Assembly (NCBI GenBank): GCA_965208105.1
Contig: OZ242318.1
Span: forward strand, 2,240,001 to 2,304,000
Direction: 5' to 3'
DNA: 64,000 nucleotides
DNA from: Candidatus Latescibacterota bacterium
GTDB taxonomy: Bacteria > Latescibacterota > UBA2968 > UBA8231
Below the pieces are notes generated by a model, which was not told the origin of the DNA, made no database searches, and saw nothing but the letters and a program-made list of their open reading frames with translations. A program made the position numbers and the translations under genes. Shown here one piece after another: positions 28,647 to 37,024 of this stretch (position 1 is its first letter; every line of letters begins with the position of its first letter).

Positions 28647-31022
28647 ATGATTGGAAACTATTTCAAAATAGCCCTCCGCAACTTCATGCGCAGCAAGACC
28701 GTCTCCATGTTCAGTCTGCTGGGCCTTTCGGCAGGAATGGCCTGCTGCATTCTGAGTTCCATCTATGTGCTGGACGAATTGAGCTATGACCGGCACCACG
28801 AAAACGCCCACCGTATTTTCAGGGTGGCCGAGGAGATCACTACAGCAGGAACAACACGTCAAGTTGCCATCACGCCATTTTCTTTGGGACCTACCCTGGT
28901 CGATGATTATCCCGAAGTGATCGATGCCGTCAGGTTTTTTCGACAAATATGGAGCGCGAAGGGAATGCTGGTAGGGAACCCCCCGCATCTCTTCTTCGAA
29001 AAAGGTGTCGCATGGGTCGACCACAACGTATTTGACCTGTTCGATTTTCCCTTGAGTGCTGGAGACCCCCAGAGCGCCCTGATGCGTTCATTCTGTGTCG
29101 TACTCTCCCAGGAGATGGCGGATAAATATTTCGACGAGCAGAATCCGTTGGGCCAGACGCTATCGATGGGTGGACAGGATTTCGAGGTCACAGGTGTTTT
29201 GGCCGCAACGAAACAGAATACCCATCTCGAATTCGATTTCTTAGCGACGGCATCTCTAGAACCACCTCCGGGGAGAAAATGGGAAACTCATCAGTATTAC
29301 ACTTACCTGCTGTTGAAAGACAAAGACTCTGCAACAGACCTTGAAGCAAAATTTTCCAGCTTTGTCGATCGACACATGAAGTCCCTGAATGCGGTCGGTT
29401 TTCAAGCCAAGCCGTTCTTGCAACCTTTGACGGATATCAACCTGTATTCCGATCTGGAATTCGAGTTCAGTCCAAATGGAGATGTTCGCAGAGTCTATCT
29501 ATTCATCGCCATCGCCTGTGCCGTTCTCCTACTGGCCTGCGTCAACTTTGTCAGCGTATCCACGGCCCGGGCGCCGCGGCGGTCCAGGGAGATAGGGCTG
29601 CGCAAGGTGCTGGGTGCCCAGCGCCGGCAATTGACCGCACAGTTTTTGTTCGAGTCCGTCCTGTTCGCCCTCGTCGCATTATCTGTTGCCCTGGTAGTGG
29701 TCCACTTTACCTTGCCTCTGTGCAGCGCAATCCTCGGCTATGACCTGACCTACGATGCGGTAACCCACTGGAAGATGGCTGCGCTATTTGGAGGCATTGT
29801 CCTTCTAGCCGGTCTGTTAGCGGGAAGCTACCCCGCCCTGGTGTTGTCGTCCTTTCAGCCCGTGCAAACGCTCAAGGAGCACCTGGCTGCTGGGTCCAGC
29901 AAGGCAACCCTGCGCAAAGTCATCGTAGTGTTTCAATTTGCCCTGGCCATTCTGTTGCTTATCGGAACGGCGGTCATCTATCAACAGTCCCGCTTCCTGC
30001 GCCAGATGGATCTGGGGTTGGATAAGGAGCACGTTGTCGTGATGCCCGTACCCAGAAATGACAGCGACCTGATCGAACGCTATCGTTTGAGTTTGTCGGG
30101 ATATAAGCAGGTCGTAAGTGCCTCGGTATCGTCGGCAGTTCCCGGCCGAAAGACTACCGCCGAGCTTTTCCGTCCTCCGCTCGCGCATGATGACGAGACC
30201 CAATTACTAAACGTTATTTATGCCGATTACGACTTCGTTCAAACCTTTGGCCTCGAAATTGCAGAGGGGAGAAACTTTTCCAAGGAAATTGCCAGCGATA
30301 AAACGGGAGCATTCATCTTGAACGAAGCCGCCATGAAAGAACTGGGGTGGACCTCAGTCAGGCAGAAGGAACTTGATGAGGTTGATATCCTAAAAGGAGA
30401 AGTGGTCGGGGTAGTCCGGGATTTTATCTTTCAACCGCTGCATTTATCGGTCAGTCCATTAGTCATTGCAATGAAGAGAGACTGGCCAAATTATTTTTCC
30501 ATCAGGATCGCACCTGGAAATCCGGCCGACATTTTGACCCTGCTGAAGACCAAGTGGCAGGAAACAGCTCCGGACGAGCCATTCGATTACTTTTTCCTGG
30601 ATGAGACCTTTGACGAGATGTATCGCACCCAGGACCGCCTGGGCCAGCTCCTGAGCGTCTTTGCCGGCTTTACCGTTTTCATCGCCGGCCTGGGCTTCCT
30701 GGGATTGGCACTGCAGACGGTGCATTCGCGCCTCAAAGAAATTGGCATGCGCAAAATCCTCGGGGGCACAACCACCAGCATCATCGGCCTGTTGTCCAGA
30801 GAGTTCCTGGGGCTCATCGTTCTGGCCAACATCATTGCCTGGCCCCTGGCCTACTACGGCGCCCGCTCGTGGCTCGACTACTTTGCCTACCGCATTGACA
30901 TAGGGTTCGCCCCCTTCGTGTTCGGCGCTTCCCTGGCCCTGCTGGTGGCCGTGGTCAGCACCAGCTACCAGGTTTGGCATGCGGCCCGCATCAACCCCAC
31001 CCAAATCCTGCAAATGCAATAA
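28647..31022 (+). CDS. MacB/FtsX-type ABC permease, copy 2
   Basis: 791 aa; same architecture; ends INPTQILQMQ. Confidence 0.93.
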   Translation: MIGNYFKIALRNFMRSKTVSMFSLLGLSAGMACCILSSIYVLDELSYDRHHENAHRIFRVAEEITTAGTTRQVAITPFSLGPTLVDDYPEVIDAVRFFRQIWSAKGMLVGNPPHLFFEKGVAWVDHNVFDLFDFPLSAGDPQSALMRSFCVVLSQEMADKYFDEQNPLGQTLSMGGQDFEVTGVLAATKQNTHLEFDFLATASLEPPPGRKWETHQYYTYLLLKDKDSATDLEAKFSSFVDRHMKSLNAVGFQAKPFLQPLTDINLYSDLEFEFSPNGDVRRVYLFIAIACAVLLLACVNFVSVSTARAPRRSREIGLRKVLGAQRRQLTAQFLFESVLFALVALSVALVVVHFTLPLCSAILGYDLTYDAVTHWKMAALFGGIVLLAGLLAGSYPALVLSSFQPVQTLKEHLAAGSSKATLRKVIVVFQFALAILLLIGTAVIYQQSRFLRQMDLGLDKEHVVVMPVPRNDSDLIERYRLSLSGYKQVVSASVSSAVPGRKTTAELFRPPLAHDDETQLLNVIYADYDFVQTFGLEIAEGRNFSKEIASDKTGAFILNEAAMKELGWTSVRQKELDEVDILKGEVVGVVRDFIFQPLHLSVSPLVIAMKRDWPNYFSIRIAPGNPADILTLLKTKWQETAPDEPFDYFFLDETFDEMYRTQDRLGQLLSVFAGFTVFIAGLGFLGLALQTVHSRLKEIGMRKILGGTTTSIIGLLSREFLGLIVLANIIAWPLAYYGARSWLDYFAYRIDIGFAPFVFGASLALLVAVVSTSYQVWHAARINPTQILQMQ

Positions 31023-31061
31023 TGACCGTCCACAGGATCCCCCGGAAGTAATTGCAACAAG

Positions 31062-33440
31062 ATGATTCGAAACTATTTCAAAATTGCCCTCCGCAACCTC
31101 CTACGCAGCAAGACCGTCTCCATGTTCAGTCTGCTGGGCCTTTCGGCAGGAATGGCCTGCTGCATTCTGAGCTCCATCTATGTGCTGGACGAGTTGAACT
31201 ACGACCGGCACCACGAAAACGCCCATCGCATTTTCAGGGTGGCTGTGGAAGCCACTACAGCGGGAGCAACACGCCGGGCCGCTATCACGCCATTTCCTAT
31301 GGGCCCTGCCCTTGTCGATGACTTTCCCGAAGTGATCGATGCGGTCAGATTTGATAGACGAATATGGAACGCAAAGGGAATGCTCGTAGGGAAACCACCC
31401 CATCTCTTCTTCGAAAAAGGTGTCGCATGGGTCGATGAGAACGCCTTTGACCTGTTCAACTTTCCTTTGGGAGCGGGAGACCCCGAAAGCGCCCTGGCGC
31501 GTCCAGCCTCTGTCATAATCTCCCAGGAGATGGCGGATAAATATTTCAACGACCAGAATCCGATAGGCCAGACCCTCTCGATGGGTGGACAGGATTTCGA
31601 GGTTACAGGTGTTCTGGCTGCAACGAAACAGAATTCACATCTCGAATTCGATTTCTTATCAACTGGAATAGTAGGAGAAAAGGACAATTGGAGAAGTCAC
31701 GAGTACTACACTTATCTGCTATTGAAGAACAAAGCCTCTGCAAAAGACCTTGAAGCCAAGTTGCCCACCTTTGTCGATCAACACAGAAAATCCGCGAAGA
31801 CGGACGGTTTTCAACCCAAATTTTTTTTGCAGCTCTTGACGGATATTCACCTCCATTCCGACCTGGAATTCGAGTTCAGTGCAAATGGAGATATTCGGAA
31901 GGTTTATCTTTTCACCGCCATCGCCTGTGCCGCTCTCCTCCTGGCCTGCGTCAATTTTGTCAGCGTATCCACGGCTCGGGCGCTGCGGCGCTCCAGGGAA
32001 ATAGGCCTGCGCAAAGTTTTGGGGGCCCAGCGCCGGCAATTGGTCGCCCAGTTTTTATTTGAATCCGTCGTGTTCGCCCTCATCGCATTATCTGCAGCCC
32101 TGGCTATCGTCCACCTCACCTTGCCTCTATGCAGCGCAATCCTGGGCTATGGCCTGACCTACGATGCGGTAGCCCACTGGAAGATAGCCGCGCTATTTGG
32201 AGGCATTGTCCTTCTGGGCGGCCTGATAGGGGGAAGCTATCCTGCCCTGGTTTTGTCGTCCTTTAAGCCCGTGCAAACGCTCAAAGAGCACCTGCCCGGT
32301 GGTTCCAACAAGGGGACCCAGCGCAAGGCCATCGTGGTGTTTCAGTTCGCCCTTTCCATCCTCTTGCTCATAGGAACGAGTATCGTCTTTCAACAGTCCC
32401 GCTTCCTGCGCCAGATGGATCTAGGGTTGGATAAGGAACACGTCGTCGTGATCCCCGTACCCGGAAATGACAGGGACCTGATCGAGCGCTATCGTTCGAG
32501 CTTGTCGGGATATAAGCAAGTCGTAAGTACCACGGTATCATCTGCGGTGCCCGGCCGGCAGACTACCGCCGATCTTTTCCGTCCTCCGCTCGGGCATGGT
32601 GACGAGACCGTGTTGCTGAACGTTATTCATGCCGACTGCGACTTCGTTCATACCCTTGGTCTTGAAATTGTGGAGGGAAGGGATTTTTCAAGAGATATTA
32701 CCCACGATAGAGCGAAAGCCTTCATCTTGAACGAAGCCGCCATGAAGGCGTTGGGGTGGACTTCCGTCAAGCAAAAAGAACTTGGTGAGGAAGGGAATGA
32801 GGTCGTGTCCAAAGGAGAAGTAGTTGGAGCAGTCAAAAATTTTGTCTATCAACCGCTGCATCTGTCGGTCAGTCCATTGGTTATTGCAACACCGGGAAAC
32901 TGGGCAAATTATTTCTCCATCAGGATCGCACCCGGCGACCCGGCCCACACCTTGACTCTGCTGAAGACCAAGTGGCAGGAGACAGCTCCGGACGAGCCAT
33001 TCGACTACTTTTTCCTGGATGAAACCTTTGACGAGATGTATCGCACCCAGGACCGCCTGGGTCAGCTCCTGAGCGTCTTTGCCGGGTTTACCGTTTTCAT
33101 CGCCGGCCTGGGCTTCCTGGGGCTGGCCTTGCAGACGGTGCATCTGCGCCTCAAGGAGATAGGCATGCGCAAAATCCTCGGAGGCACAACCGCCAGTATC
33201 ATCGGCCTGCTGTCCAGAGAGTTCCTGGGGCTCATCTTTCTGGCCAATATCATTGCCTGGCCCCTAGCATACTACGGCGCCCGCTCATGGCTCGATTACT
33301 TTGCCTACCGCATCGACATAGGGCTCGCACCCTTCGTGTTCGGCGCTTTCCTGGCCTTGGTAGTGGCCGTTGTCAGCACCAGCTACCAGGTCTGGCATGC
33401 GGCCCGCATCAACCCCACCCAAATCCTGCAGATGCAGTAA
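31062..33440 (+). CDS. MacB/FtsX-type ABC permease, copy 3 (recent tandem duplicate of copy 2)
   Basis: 792 aa; long identical nucleotide tracts with 28647..31022; shared upstream CAGGATCCCCCGGA. Confidence 0.93.
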   Translation: MIRNYFKIALRNLLRSKTVSMFSLLGLSAGMACCILSSIYVLDELNYDRHHENAHRIFRVAVEATTAGATRRAAITPFPMGPALVDDFPEVIDAVRFDRRIWNAKGMLVGKPPHLFFEKGVAWVDENAFDLFNFPLGAGDPESALARPASVIISQEMADKYFNDQNPIGQTLSMGGQDFEVTGVLAATKQNSHLEFDFLSTGIVGEKDNWRSHEYYTYLLLKNKASAKDLEAKLPTFVDQHRKSAKTDGFQPKFFLQLLTDIHLHSDLEFEFSANGDIRKVYLFTAIACAALLLACVNFVSVSTARALRRSREIGLRKVLGAQRRQLVAQFLFESVVFALIALSAALAIVHLTLPLCSAILGYGLTYDAVAHWKIAALFGGIVLLGGLIGGSYPALVLSSFKPVQTLKEHLPGGSNKGTQRKAIVVFQFALSILLLIGTSIVFQQSRFLRQMDLGLDKEHVVVIPVPGNDRDLIERYRSSLSGYKQVVSTTVSSAVPGRQTTADLFRPPLGHGDETVLLNVIHADCDFVHTLGLEIVEGRDFSRDITHDRAKAFILNEAAMKALGWTSVKQKELGEEGNEVVSKGEVVGAVKNFVYQPLHLSVSPLVIATPGNWANYFSIRIAPGDPAHTLTLLKTKWQETAPDEPFDYFFLDETFDEMYRTQDRLGQLLSVFAGFTVFIAGLGFLGLALQTVHLRLKEIGMRKILGGTTASIIGLLSREFLGLIFLANIIAWPLAYYGARSWLDYFAYRIDIGLAPFVFGAFLALVVAVVSTSYQVWHAARINPTQILQMQ

Positions 33441-33455
33441 GGGCGGGAACTTACC

Positions 33456-33863
33456 ATGACCCAAAAGGCCGGTACAATCCTCATCGTCGACGACGACCGC
33501 GACGTGCTCCTGGCCGCCCGCCTTCTACTCAAGCAGCACCACTATCAAGTCCACACCGAAAAAGAGCCGCGCCGCCTGCCGGCCCTGCTCCGGGAGCAGA
33601 CCTACGACGTCATCCTCCTCGACATGAACTTCACCCAAGACGCCAGCAGCGGCGGCGAAGGGTTCTACTGGCTACAGGTGATCCGTGCCCTGGACCCGGA
33701 GGCCGAGGTGGTTCTCATCACCGCCTACGGGGACGTGGAAATGGCGGTGCGCGCCATGAAGGCGGGGGCCGCCGACTTCGTCCTCAAGCCCTGGCACAAC
33801 GAAAAGCTCCTGGCTTCCCTCGCCGCCGCGGTCACCCGGCGCCGGTCCGAGCCCGCCCTCTAG
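33456..33863 (+). CDS. Stand-alone receiver domain, close paralog of the NtrC regulator N-terminus
   Basis: 135 aa; about 24 differences over the first 126 aa versus 24519..25898 (manual count); acidic pocket, phospho-Asp (LLDMN), Thr and Lys retained; no AAA+ or HTH. Confidence 0.88.
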   Translation: MTQKAGTILIVDDDRDVLLAARLLLKQHHYQVHTEKEPRRLPALLREQTYDVILLDMNFTQDASSGGEGFYWLQVIRALDPEAEVVLITAYGDVEMAVRAMKAGAADFVLKPWHNEKLLASLAAAVTRRRSEPAL

Positions 33864-33889
33864 CGCCGCCGTCGGCCCTCCGGCAGAAA

Positions 33890-34009
33890 CGTCCGCTGGC
33901 GTACACCTGCTGTATCACCAACGGACATCCAAAAGCTGAAGTTCAATGGAAACTTCTACTGTAACTCCTTTAAAAACAGCCATAAGACTATTATGGCCCA
34001 ATTATTGCA
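33890..34009 (+). promoter_or_regulatory. Sigma-54 promoter module P2 (duplicate of P1)
   Basis: CGTCCGCTGGCGTACA (33890-33905), TGTATCACCAACGGACA (33911-33927), CTGTAACTCCTTTAAAAACAG (33959-33979), TGGCCCAATTATTGCA (33994-34009); same spacing as P1. Confidence 0.85.
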
Positions 34010-34049
34010 GTACCTCATCATACAGAAACATAATTCAAGGTGGCAGCGC

Positions 34050-35327
34050 ATGAGCACGGGAATGGATCGCCAGTTAAAAAAGAAGAAGTGGCCGCGGCGA
34101 AAGATCGCCGGGCTGGGATTGGCCGCCCTTTTCATGGTCCTGTCCCTCTACGGGTTTCTGCGCAACAGCGGCGTATCCAGGCTCAACGTGGAGCTCGACA
34201 AGATCACCATCTCCCGGGTCGAGCAGGGGCCCTTTCAGGAGTTCATCCCGGTGCGGGGGAGGGTGCTACCGCTGCACACCATCTATCTGGACGCACTGCA
34301 GGGCGGACAGGTCGAGGCGATCTTCGTGGAGGAGGGCAGCATGGTGGAGCGAGGAGAGGCCATCCTCGAGCTGAACAATGCGGACCTGCAACTGGAGGTC
34401 ATGTCACAGGAGGCCAAACTGGCCGACCAGATCAGCGCCCTGCGCAACGCCCAGTTGAGCGCCGAGCAGAGTCTGCTGCAGTCGCGCCAGCAACTGGCGG
34501 AGATCGACTTCAAGGTCCAGAGCGCCCAGCGGCGCTACAAGCGCTACGCAACCCTGTCGGAGAGGGATCGAATCGCCATAATCTCGCGCCAGGAGTACGA
34601 AAAGCTCAGGGATGAGTACGAGTACCACCGCATGCGCAGGAAACTCACCATGGAGACCCAGAAGCAGGACTCCCTGCTTTCGGCTCTGCAGGTCCGGCGG
34701 CTGGAGACCGCGGTGGAGCAGATGCGCAAAAACAGCGAGATGGTGCACAAAAGTCTGGGCGATCTCATTCTCCGCGCCCCGATTGCGGGCCAGTTGAGCT
34801 TGCTGAACGCGGAGATGGGCGAGACCAAGAACCCGGGAGAGCGCCTGGGTCAGATCGATGCGCTGGACGGATTCAAGGTGCGGGCGGCGATCGACGAGCA
34901 CTACATCGCCCGCATCTACAAGGGAAGGCGCGGCACCTTCGAGCCGGCCAACTCCGAGACTTCCTATGGCCTGGTCATCCGCAAGGTCTACCCGGAGGTG
35001 CGGGAGGGACGCTTCGAGATCGACCTGGTGTTCGACGGGGAACCGCCGGCGGGGATTCGCCGCGGTCAGACCTTGCACATCCGCCTGGAACTGGGCGACA
35101 TGGAAGACGCGGTGCTTTTGGCGCGGGGCGGATTCTACCAGCAGACCGGAGGCCACTGGGTCTACCTTGTGGACGAGTCAGGAGAGCGCGCGGTGAAGCA
35201 GCCCATCCGCCTGGGACGCCAGAATCCACGGGTCTTCGAGGTGCTGGAAGGACTGCAGCCGGGCAATCGAGTGATCACCTCGAGCTACGACAATTTCGGC
35301 GATATGGATCTGCTGATCCTGCGCTGA
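34050..35327 (+). CDS. Membrane-fusion/periplasmic adaptor protein (HlyD/MacA-like)
   Basis: N-terminal basic stretch plus TM, lipoyl half-motifs (G.V..IFVEEG; RAPI.G), long coiled coil, EVLEGL.PG.RVI. Confidence 0.92.
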   Translation: MSTGMDRQLKKKKWPRRKIAGLGLAALFMVLSLYGFLRNSGVSRLNVELDKITISRVEQGPFQEFIPVRGRVLPLHTIYLDALQGGQVEAIFVEEGSMVERGEAILELNNADLQLEVMSQEAKLADQISALRNAQLSAEQSLLQSRQQLAEIDFKVQSAQRRYKRYATLSERDRIAIISRQEYEKLRDEYEYHRMRRKLTMETQKQDSLLSALQVRRLETAVEQMRKNSEMVHKSLGDLILRAPIAGQLSLLNAEMGETKNPGERLGQIDALDGFKVRAAIDEHYIARIYKGRRGTFEPANSETSYGLVIRKVYPEVREGRFEIDLVFDGEPPAGIRRGQTLHIRLELGDMEDAVLLARGGFYQQTGGHWVYLVDESGERAVKQPIRLGRQNPRVFEVLEGLQPGNRVITSSYDNFGDMDLLILR

Positions 35328-35347
35328 AGGGGATAAAGGAGGAAATC

Positions 35348-36025
35348 ATGATCAAGACCAGAGAGTTGAAGAAAGTCTACGCCACGGAAGAGGTGGAGAC
35401 GACCGCCCTCAACGAAGTAGACCTGGAGATTCAGGGAGGTGAGTTCGTGGCCATCATGGGGCCATCGGGCTGCGGCAAGTCCACCCTGCTGAACCTGCTG
35501 GGCCTTCTGGACAATCCGACGGAGGGGGAATACTACCTGCTCGACCACGAGGTATCGAGATATTCCGAACGCCAGCGCGCCAACCTGCGCAAGGCCAACA
35601 TCGGCTTCGTGTTCCAGAGCTTCAACCTGATCGACGAACTCACGGTGTACGAGAACGTGGAGCTGCCCCTGCTCTATTTGGGCATGTCGTCCTCCGAGCG
35701 CAAAAAGCGGGTCACCGAGGTGCTGGACAGTATGGAGATCACCCACCGCAGAAATCACTTCCCGCAGCAGTTGTCCGGCGGCCAGCAGCAGCGCGTGGCG
35801 GTGGGGCGGGCGGTAATCGCCCAGCCCAAGCTGATTCTGGCGGACGAGCCCACGGGCAACCTGGACTCCAAGAACGGCGAGGAGGTGATGACCTTGCTCA
35901 CCGAGTTGAACGCAGCCGGCACCACGGTCGCCATGGTGACCCACTCGGCGGCCGATGCGGAATACAGCCGCCGCATCATTCACCTCTTCGATGGACGCAT
36001 AGTCAGCGAGGACCTCAAGGAGTAG
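35348..36025 (+). CDS. ABC ATP-binding protein (LolD/MacB-NBD family) 1
   Basis: [30 protein letters not shown]. Confidence 0.96.
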   Translation: MIKTRELKKVYATEEVETTALNEVDLEIQGGEFVAIMGPSGCGKSTLLNLLGLLDNPTEGEYYLLDHEVSRYSERQRANLRKANIGFVFQSFNLIDELTVYENVELPLLYLGMSSSERKKRVTEVLDSMEITHRRNHFPQQLSGGQQQRVAVGRAVIAQPKLILADEPTGNLDSKNGEEVMTLLTELNAAGTTVAMVTHSAADAEYSRRIIHLFDGRIVSEDLKE

Positions 36026-36141
36026 TCCCGTGTCGAGGAGAATTGGCAAGGTCCCCTGACGAAGAATTGCAAATAGGGGTTCCATAGCACACCCTGTGGC
36101 GCAATACATTTTTGCAAACCTGATCCAGAAAGGAGTAGACC

Positions 36142-36357
36142 GTGGCCAAGATCGAAAGGGAACGGGTGGAGCGCGTCGCCCGGATCTATTCGAGCAACCA
36201 GGAAGCCAGCCAGGCTCTCGGCATCGTCATGCAGAGCTTCGGACGTCTCTGCCGCGAGTACGGCATAGAATCTCCCTATGCGCGCAGGCGCCGGCTGCGC
36301 CAGCGCCCGTCAGTCCGCAGCGAATCAACCAGATCCAGTAGAAGGAGGGAATCGTGA
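36142..36357 (+). CDS. Small Fis-type helix-turn-helix protein
   Basis: GTG after AAGGAG; ERVARIYSSNQEASQALGIVMQSFGRLCREYGI aligns with the HTH_8 pattern A...LG....S..R....YG; stop overlaps the next start (GTGA). Confidence 0.7.
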   Translation: MAKIERERVERVARIYSSNQEASQALGIVMQSFGRLCREYGIESPYARRRRLRQRPSVRSESTRSSRRRES

Positions 36358-37022
36358 TTCGTCTGCAAGGCATTGAGAAGTACTACTCGTCCGGCCTGGT
36401 AAAGACCTTTGTGCTGCGCAGGGTCAATCTCGAAATAAGGGAGGGGGAATTCGTCTCCATCATGGGACCTTCGGGTGCCGGCAAGTCCACCCTGCTCCAC
36501 ATCACCGGCATGTTGGAGAGCGCATCGAACGGAGAGTATTACTTTCTGGACCAGCCGGTGCACAATCTGAAGGAAAGGGAACGCACCGAGCTGCACAAGC
36601 AGTACATCGGCTTCGTATTCCAGGCCTACCACCTGGTCGACGAACTGACGGTGTACGAAAACCTGGAGATGCCCCTGCTCTACAAGAAGGCAAAGGGCTC
36701 GGAGCGCAAGAGCCTGGTCAGCCGCATGCTGGACCGCTTCCAGATGGTGGCCAAGAAAGATCTCTTTCCGCATCAACTCTCCGGCGGCGAGCAGCAGTTG
36801 GTAGGAATTGCGCGTGCCCTGATCGTCAGCCCGAAGCTGATCCTGGCGGACGAACCAACAGGCAATCTGAACTCCGGGCAGGGCGAGGAGATCATGGAAA
36901 CCCTCAAGAAGCTGAATGAAGAAGGAACCACCATTGTCCAGGTGACCCACTCGGAGAAGAACGCCGCCTATGGGCAACGGCTAATTAACATGGTAGACGG
37001 CTGGATTGAGGAAGGCGAATAG
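36354..37022 (+). CDS. ABC ATP-binding protein (LolD/MacB-NBD family) 2
   Basis: [28 protein letters not shown]; AAGGAGG RBS. Confidence 0.95.
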   Translation: MIRLQGIEKYYSSGLVKTFVLRRVNLEIREGEFVSIMGPSGAGKSTLLHITGMLESASNGEYYFLDQPVHNLKERERTELHKQYIGFVFQAYHLVDELTVYENLEMPLLYKKAKGSERKSLVSRMLDRFQMVAKKDLFPHQLSGGEQQLVGIARALIVSPKLILADEPTGNLNSGQGEEIMETLKKLNEEGTTIVQVTHSEKNAAYGQRLINMVDGWIEEGE

Positions 37023-37024
37023 GG

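Noticed and set aside
28647-33440. Diversity-generating retroelement acting on the permease pair
   Set aside because: No reverse transcriptase; differences are spread over the whole gene and are not adenine-specific.
25500-33863. Invertible switch bounded by the two inverted receiver copies
   Set aside because: Only about 80% identity and no site-specific recombinase nearby.
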